Source: Eubacteriales bacterium (lineage in GTDB: Bacteria; Bacillota; Clostridia; Oscillospirales; CAG-272). From it: DNA of 64,000 nucleotides. The DNA is taken from contig JAZOOS010000014.1 of assembly GCA_045655185.1 (NCBI GenBank), positions 14,938-78,937 on the forward strand, given 5' to 3'. The notes beneath the pieces are model-generated. The model was not told where the DNA came from and searched no databases. It worked only from the letters and a program-made list of their open reading frames with translations. Of this stretch, positions 11,677 to 20,519 are shown one piece after another. Position 1 is the first letter of the stretch. Every line of letters starts with the position of its first letter. A program made the translations under genes and the position numbers.

Positions 11677-13335
11677 TTAATCTTTGAGGAGCGACTCTTC
11701 CCACATATCGGGGGCTTCAAAGCCGATAAGATTAACGGCGGTGGCTGCTACGTTCGCAAGGCCGAAGTGACCTCTGTCCTCCTTCAGCGCGTAGGAGGCG
11801 GCGCTGAAATTGTCGTAAATGATGCAGGGGACGGCGTTGAGGGTATGGCTGGTCTTGGCCTTCGGGTTGCCCGCTTTATCCAGCTTCGGGCCGCCCGTCT
11901 TCTTGTCGATCTCGCACATCTCGTCGGCGTTGCCGTGGTCGGCCGTGATGATGGCGGCGCCGTGAAGCTCGTCAAGCACGGGGAGGATTCTCGCCAGCTG
12001 AAGATCGAGGGCTTCCATCGAGCATTCGGTGGCAAGGAAGTTGCCGGTGTGACCGACCATATCGCCATTCGGGAAGTTTACGCGAAGCATCTTATACTTG
12101 CCGCTCTTCAATTCTTCAATGAGGCGATCGGTGATCTCGGCACACTTCATCCAGGGGCGCTGCTCAAAGGGAACGACGTCCGAGGGGATCTCGACGTAGG
12201 TTTCCAGCTCCTCGGAGAACTTACCGCTGCGGTTTCCGTTCCAGAAGTAGGTGACGTGACCGTATTTCTGGGTCTCGGAGATCGCCAGCTGCGAAATGCC
12301 GGTTGCGGTGAGGTACTCGCCCATCGTGTTGGTGATCTCAGGCGGGTTGACGAGGTAGTGAGAGGGGATATGCAGATCGCCGTCGTATTCCAGCATACCG
12401 GCGTAGAAGACAAGGGGAACACGCTTGCGGTCAAACTTATCAAAGTCGGCGCCTGCCTCAAAGGTCTTCGAGATCTCGATCGCGCGGTCACCGCGGAAGT
12501 TGTAGAAAACGACGCTGTCGCCGTCCTCGATCGTGCCGACGGGGGCGCCGTTCTCGGCGATGACGAAGGGGGGCAGATCCTGGTCGATCACGTGCAGCTC
12601 GTTTCGATAAGCGGTAACCGCCTCGGCGGCCGAGGCAAACTGACGGCCTTCACCGAGAACGTGGGTATACCAGCCGCGCTCAACCATCGACCAGTCGGCC
12701 TCGTAACGGTCCATCGTGATCTTCATGCGGCCACCGCCCGAGGCGATCATCACGTCAAAGTCGTCCGAGCGAAGTCCTGCCAGAAAATCCTCAAACGGGA
12801 GGATATAATCGAGGGCCGAGGTCTCGCCGACGTCACGCCCGTCGATCAGAATATGCAAACGGCAGCGGCGAACGCCGTCGGCCTTGGCCTTTTCCAGCAT
12901 AGCCTTCAAATGGTCAATATGCGAATGGACGTTTCCGTCCGAGAAAAGGCCGAGGAAGTGAAGCGTGCCCTTTTCGTTCCCCGAAGCGCGGGAAACGAGC
13001 GTTTTCCAGGTATCGGTTGCGAACATCTTACCGTTTTCGATCGACTGGGATACGAGCTTTGCGCCCTGCGCGAAGACCTGCCCTGCGCCGAGGGCGTTAT
13101 GCCCGACCTCAGAGTTACCCATATCGTCATCGGTCGGAAGCCCTACGGCTACGCCGTGAGCGCGCAGGGTCACCATCGGGTAGTTCTTCATCAGCCGATC
13201 AAGCGTCGGGGTATGGGCGGCTGCCACGGCGTTTGCGCCGTTATCGGGGGCAATTCCCACGCCGTCCATAACGATGGTGAGCAGGGGTCCCTCAATGCCC
13301 TTGAATTTTTCGGATCTTTTCAGTGCTTGTACCAT
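11677..13335 (-). CDS. gpmI: 2,3-bisphosphoglycerate-independent phosphoglycerate mutase
   Basis: 552 aa. Metalloenzyme-superfamily motifs (MDGVGI, GNSEVGHNALGAG, ITADHGNADEM). Confidence 0.9.
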   Translation of the reverse strand: MVQALKRSEKFKGIEGPLLTIVMDGVGIAPDNGANAVAAAHTPTLDRLMKNYPMVTLRAHGVAVGLPTDDDMGNSEVGHNALGAGQVFAQGAKLVSQSIENGKMFATDTWKTLVSRASGNEKGTLHFLGLFSDGNVHSHIDHLKAMLEKAKADGVRRCRLHILIDGRDVGETSALDYILPFEDFLAGLRSDDFDVMIASGGGRMKITMDRYEADWSMVERGWYTHVLGEGRQFASAAEAVTAYRNELHVIDQDLPPFVIAENGAPVGTIEDGDSVVFYNFRGDRAIEISKTFEAGADFDKFDRKRVPLVFYAGMLEYDGDLHIPSHYLVNPPEITNTMGEYLTATGISQLAISETQKYGHVTYFWNGNRSGKFSEELETYVEIPSDVVPFEQRPWMKCAEITDRLIEELKSGKYKMLRVNFPNGDMVGHTGNFLATECSMEALDLQLARILPVLDELHGAAIITADHGNADEMCEIDKKTGGPKLDKAGNPKAKTSHTLNAVPCIIYDNFSAASYALKEDRGHFGLANVAATAVNLIGFEAPDMWEESLLKD

Positions 13336-13357
13336 AATTTATCTTCCTTTCGACGCC

Positions 13358-15358
13358 TTAAATGTCGGCGTCCTTAATGTATTTGTAGCCGTTGTCCGAG
13401 ATGAAGCGCTTGCGCTCGGCAAGATCGTCGCCAAGAAGCGTTTCGAACATATAAGCTGTTCTTTCCGCATCGGCGGGGGAGACCGCCACCAAGCGACGGG
13501 TCGCGGGGTTCATGGTCGTTTGCCACATCATCGAGGGCTCGTTTTCACCAAGCCCCTTCGAGCGTTGAAGCGTATACTTTTTATCCCCGATCTCGGCAAG
13601 GATCTTCGTCTTTTCAAATTCGTTATACGCGAAATAGATCTTTCCGCCCGATTCGATCTCAAAGAGCGGCGATTCGGCAATAAAGACCTTTCCCTCGCGA
13701 ATGAGCGTCGGCAATAGACGGTAAAAGAGGGTCAGGAGCAACGTACGGATCTGAAAGCCGTCCTCGTCCGCATCGGTGCAGATGATGATGCGGCGCCAGC
13801 GAAGCGCGTCAAGGTTAAAGGCGACCATATCGCCCTTTACCTTTCCTTCGATCTCTACCCCGCATCCGATGACCCGCAAAAGGTCGCAGATGATCTGGCT
13901 GGAGAAGATCTTCGCGTAGGTGCTTTTCATACAGTTAAGCGTCTTTCCCCGTACGGGAATGATCGCTTGGTATTCGGCATTCCGCCCCAATTTACAGGAG
14001 GTAAGAGCTGAATCTCCTTCTACGATATACAGCTCGCGGATCGAAGGATCCTTCGATCGGCAGTTAACGAACTTTTCGACCCGATTGGCAATATCCATCG
14101 TGCCGGAAAGCTTCTTTTTAATATCTAAGCGGTTTTCCTCCGCCTTCTCGCGAGAACGCTTGTTGATCAGGACTTGATTGGCAAAAACGCCCGCCTCGGT
14201 CGGATTCTCGGCAAAAAAGATCTCAAGCTTCTGCTTGATGAAATCGGTCAGCGCCTTGGCGATAAAGGTGTTGTTGATCGCTTTTTTCGTCTGGTTCTCG
14301 TACGAGGTCATCGTAGACGCGCTGCTGATCACGACGCACAGGCAGTCGGCAATATCGGCAAAGCTGATCTTGGATTCGTTTTTGGTGTATTTGCCTTGGG
14401 ATTTGATATACTGGTCGAGCGCCGCCGTGAAGCCAAAGCGTACCGCCTTGTCGGGCGCGCCGCCGTATTCGAGAAAGCTGGAGTTATGATAGTATTCGGT
14501 AGAGGCGGCGGTGTTAGACACCGAAAAGGCAATATCGGCGCGAAGCTTATAGATCGGCTTGTCCTCACGGTCGCGCCCCTCGGTCTCTAAATGCCAAAGA
14601 ACGGGCGCCGTCATGGCGTTCCCCTCGGTTCGCTCGCTGATATAATCCATCAGGCCGTTTTCGTAACAATAGGTGGTCTCGGTGAATTTCCCGTTCTCTC
14701 CCTCTTGGCGAAGGATAAAGGTGATGCCGGCGTTAACGACCGCCTGGCGCTTCATCGTGACTTCAAAAAACTCGGTCGGGATCGCGATATCGGTAAAGAC
14801 CTCAAGGTCGGGCAACCAACGAATGATCGTGCCGTGGCGCTTCTTTTCCTTATCGGAAAGAGGCGTGACCCGAAGCTCGGTAACCGGCTCTCCCTTTTTA
14901 AAGGAGATGGTGGAAAGTGCTTCGCCGTTATAGGAGGATACCTGCATATAGTCGGAGGCGTATTGGGTGGCGCAGGCGCCAAGGCCGTTAAGACCCAGGG
15001 AGAAGTTATAGGCTCCGTCCCCTTCGTTATTATCGTATTTACCGCCCGCGTACATTTCGCAGAAGATCAGCTCCCAGTTATACCGCCCCTCTTTTTCGTT
15101 GAAGCCGAGGGGAATACCGCGCCCCCAGTCCTCCACCTCGATCGAGCGGTCCTGAAAGACCGTAACGAGTATTTTTTTACCGTATCCCTCGCGCGCCTCG
15201 TCGACCGAGTTCGCAAGGATCTCAAAAAAGGAATGCTCGCACCCCTCCAGCCCGTCCGAGCCAAAAATAACGGCCGGGCGTTTCCGAACCCGCTCTGCCC
15301 CCTTTAAGGAGGTGATGCTTTGGTCATTATATGCCTTGGGCGCTGCTACTTTTGCCAT
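13358..15358 (-). CDS. type IIA DNA topoisomerase subunit B (GyrB/ParE family)
   Basis: 666 aa. GHKL ATPase (EILANSVDEA, DWGRGIP), Toprim (IVEGDSA, CTDADEDG). No A subunit gene is adjacent. Confidence 0.85.
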   Translation of the reverse strand: MAKVAAPKAYNDQSITSLKGAERVRKRPAVIFGSDGLEGCEHSFFEILANSVDEAREGYGKKILVTVFQDRSIEVEDWGRGIPLGFNEKEGRYNWELIFCEMYAGGKYDNNEGDGAYNFSLGLNGLGACATQYASDYMQVSSYNGEALSTISFKKGEPVTELRVTPLSDKEKKRHGTIIRWLPDLEVFTDIAIPTEFFEVTMKRQAVVNAGITFILRQEGENGKFTETTYCYENGLMDYISERTEGNAMTAPVLWHLETEGRDREDKPIYKLRADIAFSVSNTAASTEYYHNSSFLEYGGAPDKAVRFGFTAALDQYIKSQGKYTKNESKISFADIADCLCVVISSASTMTSYENQTKKAINNTFIAKALTDFIKQKLEIFFAENPTEAGVFANQVLINKRSREKAEENRLDIKKKLSGTMDIANRVEKFVNCRSKDPSIRELYIVEGDSALTSCKLGRNAEYQAIIPVRGKTLNCMKSTYAKIFSSQIICDLLRVIGCGVEIEGKVKGDMVAFNLDALRWRRIIICTDADEDGFQIRTLLLTLFYRLLPTLIREGKVFIAESPLFEIESGGKIYFAYNEFEKTKILAEIGDKKYTLQRSKGLGENEPSMMWQTTMNPATRRLVAVSPADAERTAYMFETLLGDDLAERKRFISDNGYKYIKDADI

Positions 15359-15429
15359 GGCCTTTCCTTCCTTAGTGAATTTATTTACAATAAATGAGTA
15401 TAACAGAAAATTCCCCGTCTGTCAAGTTT

Positions 15430-16254
15430 TTAGACGGGGGCAAGAAGCGTTTTCTGTATGCTTTTTTTGTATTGAGTGGGGGAAAGGCCGGTTTCCCGTC
15501 GAAAGAAGAGCGAGAGGTAGTTGGGGGAGGAAAAGTTCATACGGTCGGCAATCTCGGCAATGGGAAGTCCCGCCTCCAAAAGAGAGGCGATCCTTTGGAG
15601 GCGAAGGCGATTGTAATAAACACCCGGAGAGATGCCTGCGTAGGTAGAAAAAAGGGCTTTCATATAGCTTACGCTGATATGGCAGCTTGCACCAAGCGCC
15701 TCGATTGACAGATTTTCCTCCACTGTCTCGGTCATTTTTGTAACGAGGGTGCGGTACTGCGCTGCCCCCACGCTTTCGATCCCCCGCTCTTTGCGGTTTC
15801 CCTTCTGACACAGGCGCAGCAAAAAGGCGGAAAGCGAAAGGGCCCCGATCGCCCCGGTAAGTGGGTCAAGGCTTCGCATATAAAAATCGAAGATCCCCTC
15901 ATACAGCGAAAGAAATTCTTCTCGCTCCTCCAAGGAAAGCGTATAGATCCCTTCGTACAGGGCGGGGGGGACCGTTCCTTCCATGCGAAGGGCTGAAACA
16001 TAAAGATGGGGAGAGGTGCCCTCAGCGCTTCGGATACGGTGAAATTCCATCGGGGCATGCAGGATCAGCTGTCCGGGAAGCAAGCGGTATATGCGCTCGT
16101 TCTCGGTGACCTCTACCTCTCCTTCGAGAACATAGATAAGCTCTGGCTCTTGATGTCTTTCGCCCGAAAAGGTGAAGCTGCTATCCCATAAAAAATCATA
16201 AGCCGAGCAAAAGCCGGTAATGAAAAAAGGAAGCGGTGTTTCGCATAGTTTCAT
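15430..16254 (-). CDS. AraC-family transcriptional regulator (cupin + HTH)
   Basis: 274 aa. N-terminal cupin-like sensor, C-terminal dual HTH (IAEIADRMNFSSPNYLSLFFRRETGLSPTQY). Confidence 0.85.
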   Translation of the reverse strand: MKLCETPLPFFITGFCSAYDFLWDSSFTFSGERHQEPELIYVLEGEVEVTENERIYRLLPGQLILHAPMEFHRIRSAEGTSPHLYVSALRMEGTVPPALYEGIYTLSLEEREEFLSLYEGIFDFYMRSLDPLTGAIGALSLSAFLLRLCQKGNRKERGIESVGAAQYRTLVTKMTETVEENLSIEALGASCHISVSYMKALFSTYAGISPGVYYNRLRLQRIASLLEAGLPIAEIADRMNFSSPNYLSLFFRRETGLSPTQYKKSIQKTLLAPV

Positions 16255-16365
16255 AATTTGTGTCCTTTTTTATATATTTTGTGCCCAAAAAAGGCTTGAT
16301 TTATTCATTTTAGACTTATATCATAAAGATATCATATTTTTTTCAAAAATACAAGAGGTGAAATT

Positions 16366-17643
16366 ATGAAAGAAAAAGTAAAGATCGCTTATATCGGACT
16401 TGGGCGTCGCGGAACGGGCGTTTTGAAGGAATGCTTTGCGAAGATGGCCGATGTGGAGATTTCCTTTCTGTGTGATATTTCAGAAGAAAATATGAAGATA
16501 GCCGCTGAATTTCTTTGCGAAGAGGGCAGGCCGATGCCCCGTCTTACGACCAACTACCGGGAAGCTGTTTCGGCGGCGGATATTGACGCTACGGTCATTA
16601 TGACCAGCTGGGAGAGCCATTTTGAGATTGCGATGGCCTCCATGTATGCGGGCAAATACACTGCGATTGAGGTGGGGATTGCTAACGATATTTCTGAGTG
16701 CTATAAGCTGATTGAGGCTCACGAGGCCACCGGCGCGCCGCTGATGATGCTGGAAAACATCTGCTACGGTCGGCGAGAGATGGCCACCCTTCGTATGGTC
16801 AAGGAGGGTCTCTTTGGTGAGGTTGTACATTGTGCCGGGGCGTACCGCCATTATCTGAACGACGGCGTTCTCTTTAAAAAGCAGAAAGATGGGGAGATGT
16901 TCGTTGATCACTTCCGCCTTTCGGAATTTGGTTCGCGTTGTGGGGAACTGTATCCTACCCATGCCTTCGGGCCTATCTCCAAAATTCTTTCGCTTGGCAG
17001 AGGAAACCGTCTTGTTTCGCTTTCCTCGCACGCTTCCCCTGCCAAAGGAGTGGCTTCTTACATCCGCGACCACGTGCCTGCGGATATTCCCGTTCACGGG
17101 CTTTGCTTCCGCCTTGGCGATATCGTCAATACGGTGTTGCACTGCTCGGGAGGAGAGACGATCCTTCTGACGCTGGATATGACCCTGCCAAGGCCCTACC
17201 GTAGCCGTAGCTTTGAGGTGCGCGGCACTAAGGGCTGCTGCATCGAAAGCTGCCGCGAAAAGGCTACCTACTTCTTGGAGGGAATGAAGGAGGGCGTCTT
17301 TGATAACGAGCAGGATTTTTTCGAAAAATACGAGCATCCACTGCATCGCGAATATCAAAAGGGCGGTGTGATAGGTCCCCACGATGGGGCGGATTATCTT
17401 GCGTGCCGAGCCTTCATTGAGGCGGTGAAGATGGGCACGGATACCCCGATTAATGCCTACGATACGGTTGCCTGGATGGCCATCGGTCCGCTATCTGAGG
17501 AATCGATCGCCAAGGGCGGCGCCCCCGTTTCCTTCCCCGATTTTACCAACGGAAAGTGGATGACCCCCGGTGATCCACTTAAAGGAAAGTATTCGTTGGA
17601 TGTTATCTGCGAGGACAAGGATACCCCCATTGTTCCACGGTGA
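16366..17643 (+). CDS. Gfo/Idh/MocA-family NAD-dependent oxidoreductase (GH109-like)
   Basis: 425 aa. N-terminal Rossmann IAYIGLGRRG. Divergent from the AraC regulator. Confidence 0.8.
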   Translation: MKEKVKIAYIGLGRRGTGVLKECFAKMADVEISFLCDISEENMKIAAEFLCEEGRPMPRLTTNYREAVSAADIDATVIMTSWESHFEIAMASMYAGKYTAIEVGIANDISECYKLIEAHEATGAPLMMLENICYGRREMATLRMVKEGLFGEVVHCAGAYRHYLNDGVLFKKQKDGEMFVDHFRLSEFGSRCGELYPTHAFGPISKILSLGRGNRLVSLSSHASPAKGVASYIRDHVPADIPVHGLCFRLGDIVNTVLHCSGGETILLTLDMTLPRPYRSRSFEVRGTKGCCIESCREKATYFLEGMKEGVFDNEQDFFEKYEHPLHREYQKGGVIGPHDGADYLACRAFIEAVKMGTDTPINAYDTVAWMAIGPLSEESIAKGGAPVSFPDFTNGKWMTPGDPLKGKYSLDVICEDKDTPIVPR

Positions 17644-17675
17644 ATAACCAAAAAGTAAAGAAAACGATACAAAAA

Positions 17676-17712
17676 GAAAAGCCGTGGTTGCGGCTTTTCT
17701 TTTTTCTTTTTT
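17676..17712 (+). terminator. intrinsic terminator
   Basis: GAAAAGCCG-tggttg-CGGCTTTTC followed by a long T-run. Confidence 0.6.
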
Positions 17713-17863
17713 TGGAATCCTTAAAGGCAAGCTTATCAAAAAGGGCGCAAGGCGCCCCCCACGGTGCTTACGAAACCGAAAAACTTTTTTCATTCGGGCT
17801 TGCATTTTTTGAAATGTGCTACAATCTTATTTGGACAGATCAACGATACCGTTCGGAGGGAAT

Positions 17864-18187
17864 ATGAACGTCTTATATCTTATAATGGCGATGACCTTTT
17901 CGGCCATGATAACCGTTGACAGTAGGCTGTATAATCAGCGCAACCGCGAACGAAGCCACGTAACCTGCTTTTATAACCTGCTTGCTTCCTGCTCCGCCTC
18001 GCTTGGCTGGCTTGCGCTTTTCGTCTTTGATTTTTCCTTTGACGTCGGCATCCTTCCGTATTCTTTGATCTACGGGTTCGGATACACCGCCTTTACGGTG
18101 GGGATGCTTGGGGCGTTGAAGCACGGATCTACCTCGCTAACGGGGCTTGCCATTGGCGCGGTAGCGCTTGTTTTTCTGAATTTGTAA
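17864..18187 (+). CDS. small hydrophobic membrane protein (about 3 TM; possibly a truncated DMT/EamA-like fragment)
   Basis: ATG 17864 with GGAGGG 4-9 nt upstream. 107 aa, hydrophobic. Followed by a strong terminator. Confidence 0.5.
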   Translation: MNVLYLIMAMTFSAMITVDSRLYNQRNRERSHVTCFYNLLASCSASLGWLALFVFDFSFDVGILPYSLIYGFGYTAFTVGMLGALKHGSTSLTGLAIGAVALVFLNL

Positions 18188-18203
18188 GGCGATATAAAAG
18201 AAT

Positions 18204-18237
18204 AGGGCGCACCGAATCGGTGCGCCCTGTTTTTTTA
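18204..18237. terminator. bidirectional terminator
   Basis: AGGGCGCACCG-aat-CGGTGCGCCCT followed by GTTTTTTT. Lies between convergent small genes. Confidence 0.7.
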
Positions 18238-18265
18238 TGAAAGATACCTACTTATCGCAAGAAAA

Positions 18266-18517
18266 TCAATCGGCGAAGACGGTGATCTTATCGGCCGTGA
18301 TCTCGGTGAAAAGGTCAACGATCCAGATAATAACGTTTCCGATACCGGTGAAGAGAACGAGCAGCCCGACGATCAGGGTAACGACGTTTCCTTTTTCAAG
18401 GAAGCGGAGAACGCGGTAGATGCCCCCGATGAAAACACCGAAAAAAAGCTGCAAAAGGACCTTTAAGAGCTTCGGTAGAGCTTCGTACGCTGCGGTGATG
18501 GTTTTTTTCTTTGCCAT
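18266..18517 (-). CDS. small membrane protein, 83 aa, unknown function
   Basis: AAGGAGG 7 nt upstream of the ATG. Two predicted TM helices. Confidence 0.6.
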   Translation of the reverse strand: MAKKKTITAAYEALPKLLKVLLQLFFGVFIGGIYRVLRFLEKGNVVTLIVGLLVLFTGIGNVIIWIVDLFTEITADKITVFAD

Positions 18518-18609
18518 GGTGATGCCTCCTTCTTATTTGTTACTTTTAGTATATTGTTTTTTCGGATAAAAAACAAGAGCTTTCCGAATTTTTTAAAAAG
18601 TTTTTAAAA

Positions 18610-19020
18610 TTAAAAGCCGTAGGCCTTTTCCTTGCAGAATTCGATCTGCTCACCGTCCGGCCCCTCCACAAAGGCAAGGCGCAGGGTGATCTTTTTCGGG
18701 GAGGATTCAAGCGGCATATCCTTCGGGGGGATGATGGATTTCGCGCCGGCATCTAAGGCGCGCTGATACGCTTCATCCACGTTTTCAACCGCAAAGGCGA
18801 CGTGTAGCCATTTTCCCATCGCGCTATATTCATCCGAGCCCTTGGCAAACAGCTCCAGCTTGCCGCCGTCACCGATATCGAGCAGCATAATCTTTTCTTT
18901 TCCTTCGCCCCAGCTGACGTAAGGGGTGAAGCCGAGCGCTTGGTAAAAGGCAAGCGATTTTTCAAAATCCTTGGCAACAATCGCTACGTGCGCGTAACGG
19001 ATTCCTTTAATAAGCGACAT
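18610..19020 (-). CDS. VOC-family protein (glyoxalase/bleomycin-resistance/dioxygenase fold)
   Basis: Start trimmed to MSLIKGIRYAHVAIVAKDFEKSLAFY. 136 aa, typical VOC length and N-terminal pattern. Confidence 0.85.
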   Translation of the reverse strand: MSLIKGIRYAHVAIVAKDFEKSLAFYQALGFTPYVSWGEGKEKIMLLDIGDGGKLELFAKGSDEYSAMGKWLHVAFAVENVDEAYQRALDAGAKSIIPPKDMPLESSPKKITLRLAFVEGPDGEQIEFCKEKAYGF

Positions 19021-19050
19021 AAGATAACCTCTTTTCCTCGTGGTACTTTT

Positions 19051-19079
19051 ATTGTACCATATTTTTTCTTTTGGCGCAA
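19051..19079 (-). promoter_or_regulatory. promoter of VOC gene with its -10 inside a palindrome
   Basis: Minus strand TTGCGC, 17-nt spacer, TACAAT. The -10 lies inside TGGTAC-N7-GTACCA (19041-19059). Confidence 0.5.
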
Positions 19080-19117
19080 TCGTTTGCCTGCGTTTTTGAA
19101 AAAAATAAATCGGGGGC

Positions 19118-19146
19118 TTGACAGGTGGGGGGCGCTGTGCTATAAT
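19118..19146 (+). promoter_or_regulatory. consensus sigma-A promoter of lexA
   Basis: TTGACA (19118-19123), 17-nt spacer, TATAAT (19141-19146). Confidence 0.6.
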
Positions 19147-19192
19147 AATCCCAAAGTGGGCTTTATGTCCCAAATCAAAAAAGAGGTTCGCT

Positions 19193-19795
19193 ATGAGAAC
19201 GAAGGACGAGCAATTCTTTTGCGTTATTATGAACTTTATCGACAGCTATACCGAAAGCAACGGCTTTTCCCCCACCGTGCGTGAGATCGCGGAGGCGACG
19301 GGGATCCCGCGCTCTACGGTACAGCGCTATCTTACCGATATGATCACCGACGGGCGGGTAAGAAGCGGCGGTCGGCGCAGCTACGTGACCGAAAACGCGC
19401 GCCAGATGCGCCGTGATTTTATAAGGGTTCCGATCCTTGGCGCGGTCTCTTGCGGCCTCCCGATCTATGCCGAAGAGAATATTGAGGAATACGTGCAGCT
19501 TCCCGCCGTTCTTTTCGGTACGGGCGATTTTTATATGCTGCGCGCCAACGGCTATTCGATGATCGACGTTGGTATCAGCAACGGCGATTACGTCCTCATT
19601 CGCCGCCAGCAAACGGCCGAGCCCGGTGAGATCGTCGTCGCGCTCGTGGAGGATGAGGCGACCTTAAAGCGCTATTACCCGGAGCCCGAGCGCCATCGCA
19701 TCCGTCTGCATCCCGAAAACAAGATTATGGACGATATCTACGTTCCCGACTGTGAGATACAGGGGATCGCCGTTAAGGTCCTAAAGGATCTTTGA
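19193..19795 (+). CDS. lexA: LexA-family repressor / S24 self-cleaving peptidase
   Basis: Start at MRTKDEQ (ATG 19193). Winged-helix N-domain (GFSPTVREIAEATGIPRSTVQRYL). S24 domain with Ser (GYSM) and Lys (ATLKRYY). The cleavage-site position reads Cys-Gly (GAVSCGLP). Confidence 0.85.
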   Translation: MRTKDEQFFCVIMNFIDSYTESNGFSPTVREIAEATGIPRSTVQRYLTDMITDGRVRSGGRRSYVTENARQMRRDFIRVPILGAVSCGLPIYAEENIEEYVQLPAVLFGTGDFYMLRANGYSMIDVGISNGDYVLIRRQQTAEPGEIVVALVEDEATLKRYYPEPERHRIRLHPENKIMDDIYVPDCEIQGIAVKVLKDL

Positions 19796-19805
19796 GTGGC
19801 TTCAT

Positions 19806-20034
19806 ATTTAGGCATAATCGCAAATAAAAAAGGGATTGGTGTTGCTCTGCTTCGCCTTCCCTTTTTTACTTTAAGAATTTTATTGCCTTTGCGTTCTTTC
19901 TAACGAGTTTTAGGTTGAAAAACGTTCGTTTTTCCTCATTTTGATTATATTTTTTATTTGCGATCACCGTTTGTTCCCTCTCGACGTACTTTTGTACGCC
20001 TTCGGAGAGCAAACGATGATTTCTGCTCTAAATC
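19806..20034. repeat. structured intergenic repeat, copy U2
   Basis: Same module order as U1. Ends are ATTTAGGCATAATCGC / ATTTCTGCTCTAAATC. Long hairpin CGTTTG..CTCTC-GACGTAC-tttt-GTACGCC-GAGAG CAAACG. Confidence 0.7.
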
Positions 20035-20052
20035 TGTGCGCCCCGACCTCGT

Positions 20053-20274
20053 ATTTGCGCATAATCGCAAACAAAAGGGTTTGTAATGCTTTGCATCGCA
20101 ATCCCTTTTTCTTTTTAAAAATTTTTTGCTTTTGTATTCCTTCTTACCATTTTTAAGGTTGAAAAACATTCGTTTTTCTTCCAAAAAATCAAATTTGTTT
20201 GCTATCCCCGTTCTTTGATTTCGACGTATAGTATACGTCTATCAATCAAAGAACGGGCATTTCTGCATCAAATC
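20053..20274. repeat. structured intergenic repeat, copy U3
   Basis: Ends ATTTGCGCATAATCGC / TTTCTGCATCAAATC. Long hairpin CCCGTTCTTTGATT..GACGTATA-g-TATACGTC..AATCAAAGAACGGG. Confidence 0.7.
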
Positions 20275-20294
20275 CGTACGTCTTGGGCTTGTTG

Positions 20295-20500
20295 ATTTGG
20301 GCGAAATCGAAAAGGAAAAGGGATTATATGTTTTTGCATATGGTCCCTTTTTTACATCTTCGGTATTCGGTTGTTTTTAAGGTTGAAAGCCGTTGGTTTT
20401 CTGCCGTCTTTTTTTGTATTCCTTTTCTATCGCCGTTCTTCGGGCTCGACGTACCGTTGTACGCCTCACGCCCGAAGAACGACAATTTTTCCTCCAAATC
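20295..20500. repeat. structured intergenic repeat, copy U4
   Basis: Ends ATTTGGGCGAAATCG / TTTTTCCTCCAAATC. Long hairpin CGTTCTTCGGGC..GACGTAC-cgtt-GTACGCC..GCCCGAAGAACG. Confidence 0.7.
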
Positions 20501-20519
20501 TACGGCGCCCTTTTTGTTG

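Noticed and set aside
11767-13377. 536-aa plus-strand ORF antisense to gpmI. Similar long antisense ORFs occur at 9356-10405, 32187-33302, 39053-40072, 50592-51503, 58226-59221, 59515-60999 and 61291-62085.
   Set aside because: Each lies fully inside a confidently identified gene on the other strand. Their translations are low-complexity (Arg/Gly/Ala/Val-rich) with no motifs. They are typical shadow ORFs of GC-rich coding DNA.
17864-18187. Calling the 107-aa membrane ORF a pseudogene of an EamA/DMT transporter.
   Set aside because: It has its own SD, an intact frame and a strong terminator. Without a database comparison I cannot show truncation, so it is reported as a CDS with a caveat.
19185-19205. 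GTTCGCTATGAGAAC across the lexA start codon as an SOS (Cheo) box.
   Set aside because: The half-site polarity is inverted (GTTC..GAAC instead of GAAC..GTTC) and the spacing is 7 nt rather than 4 nt.
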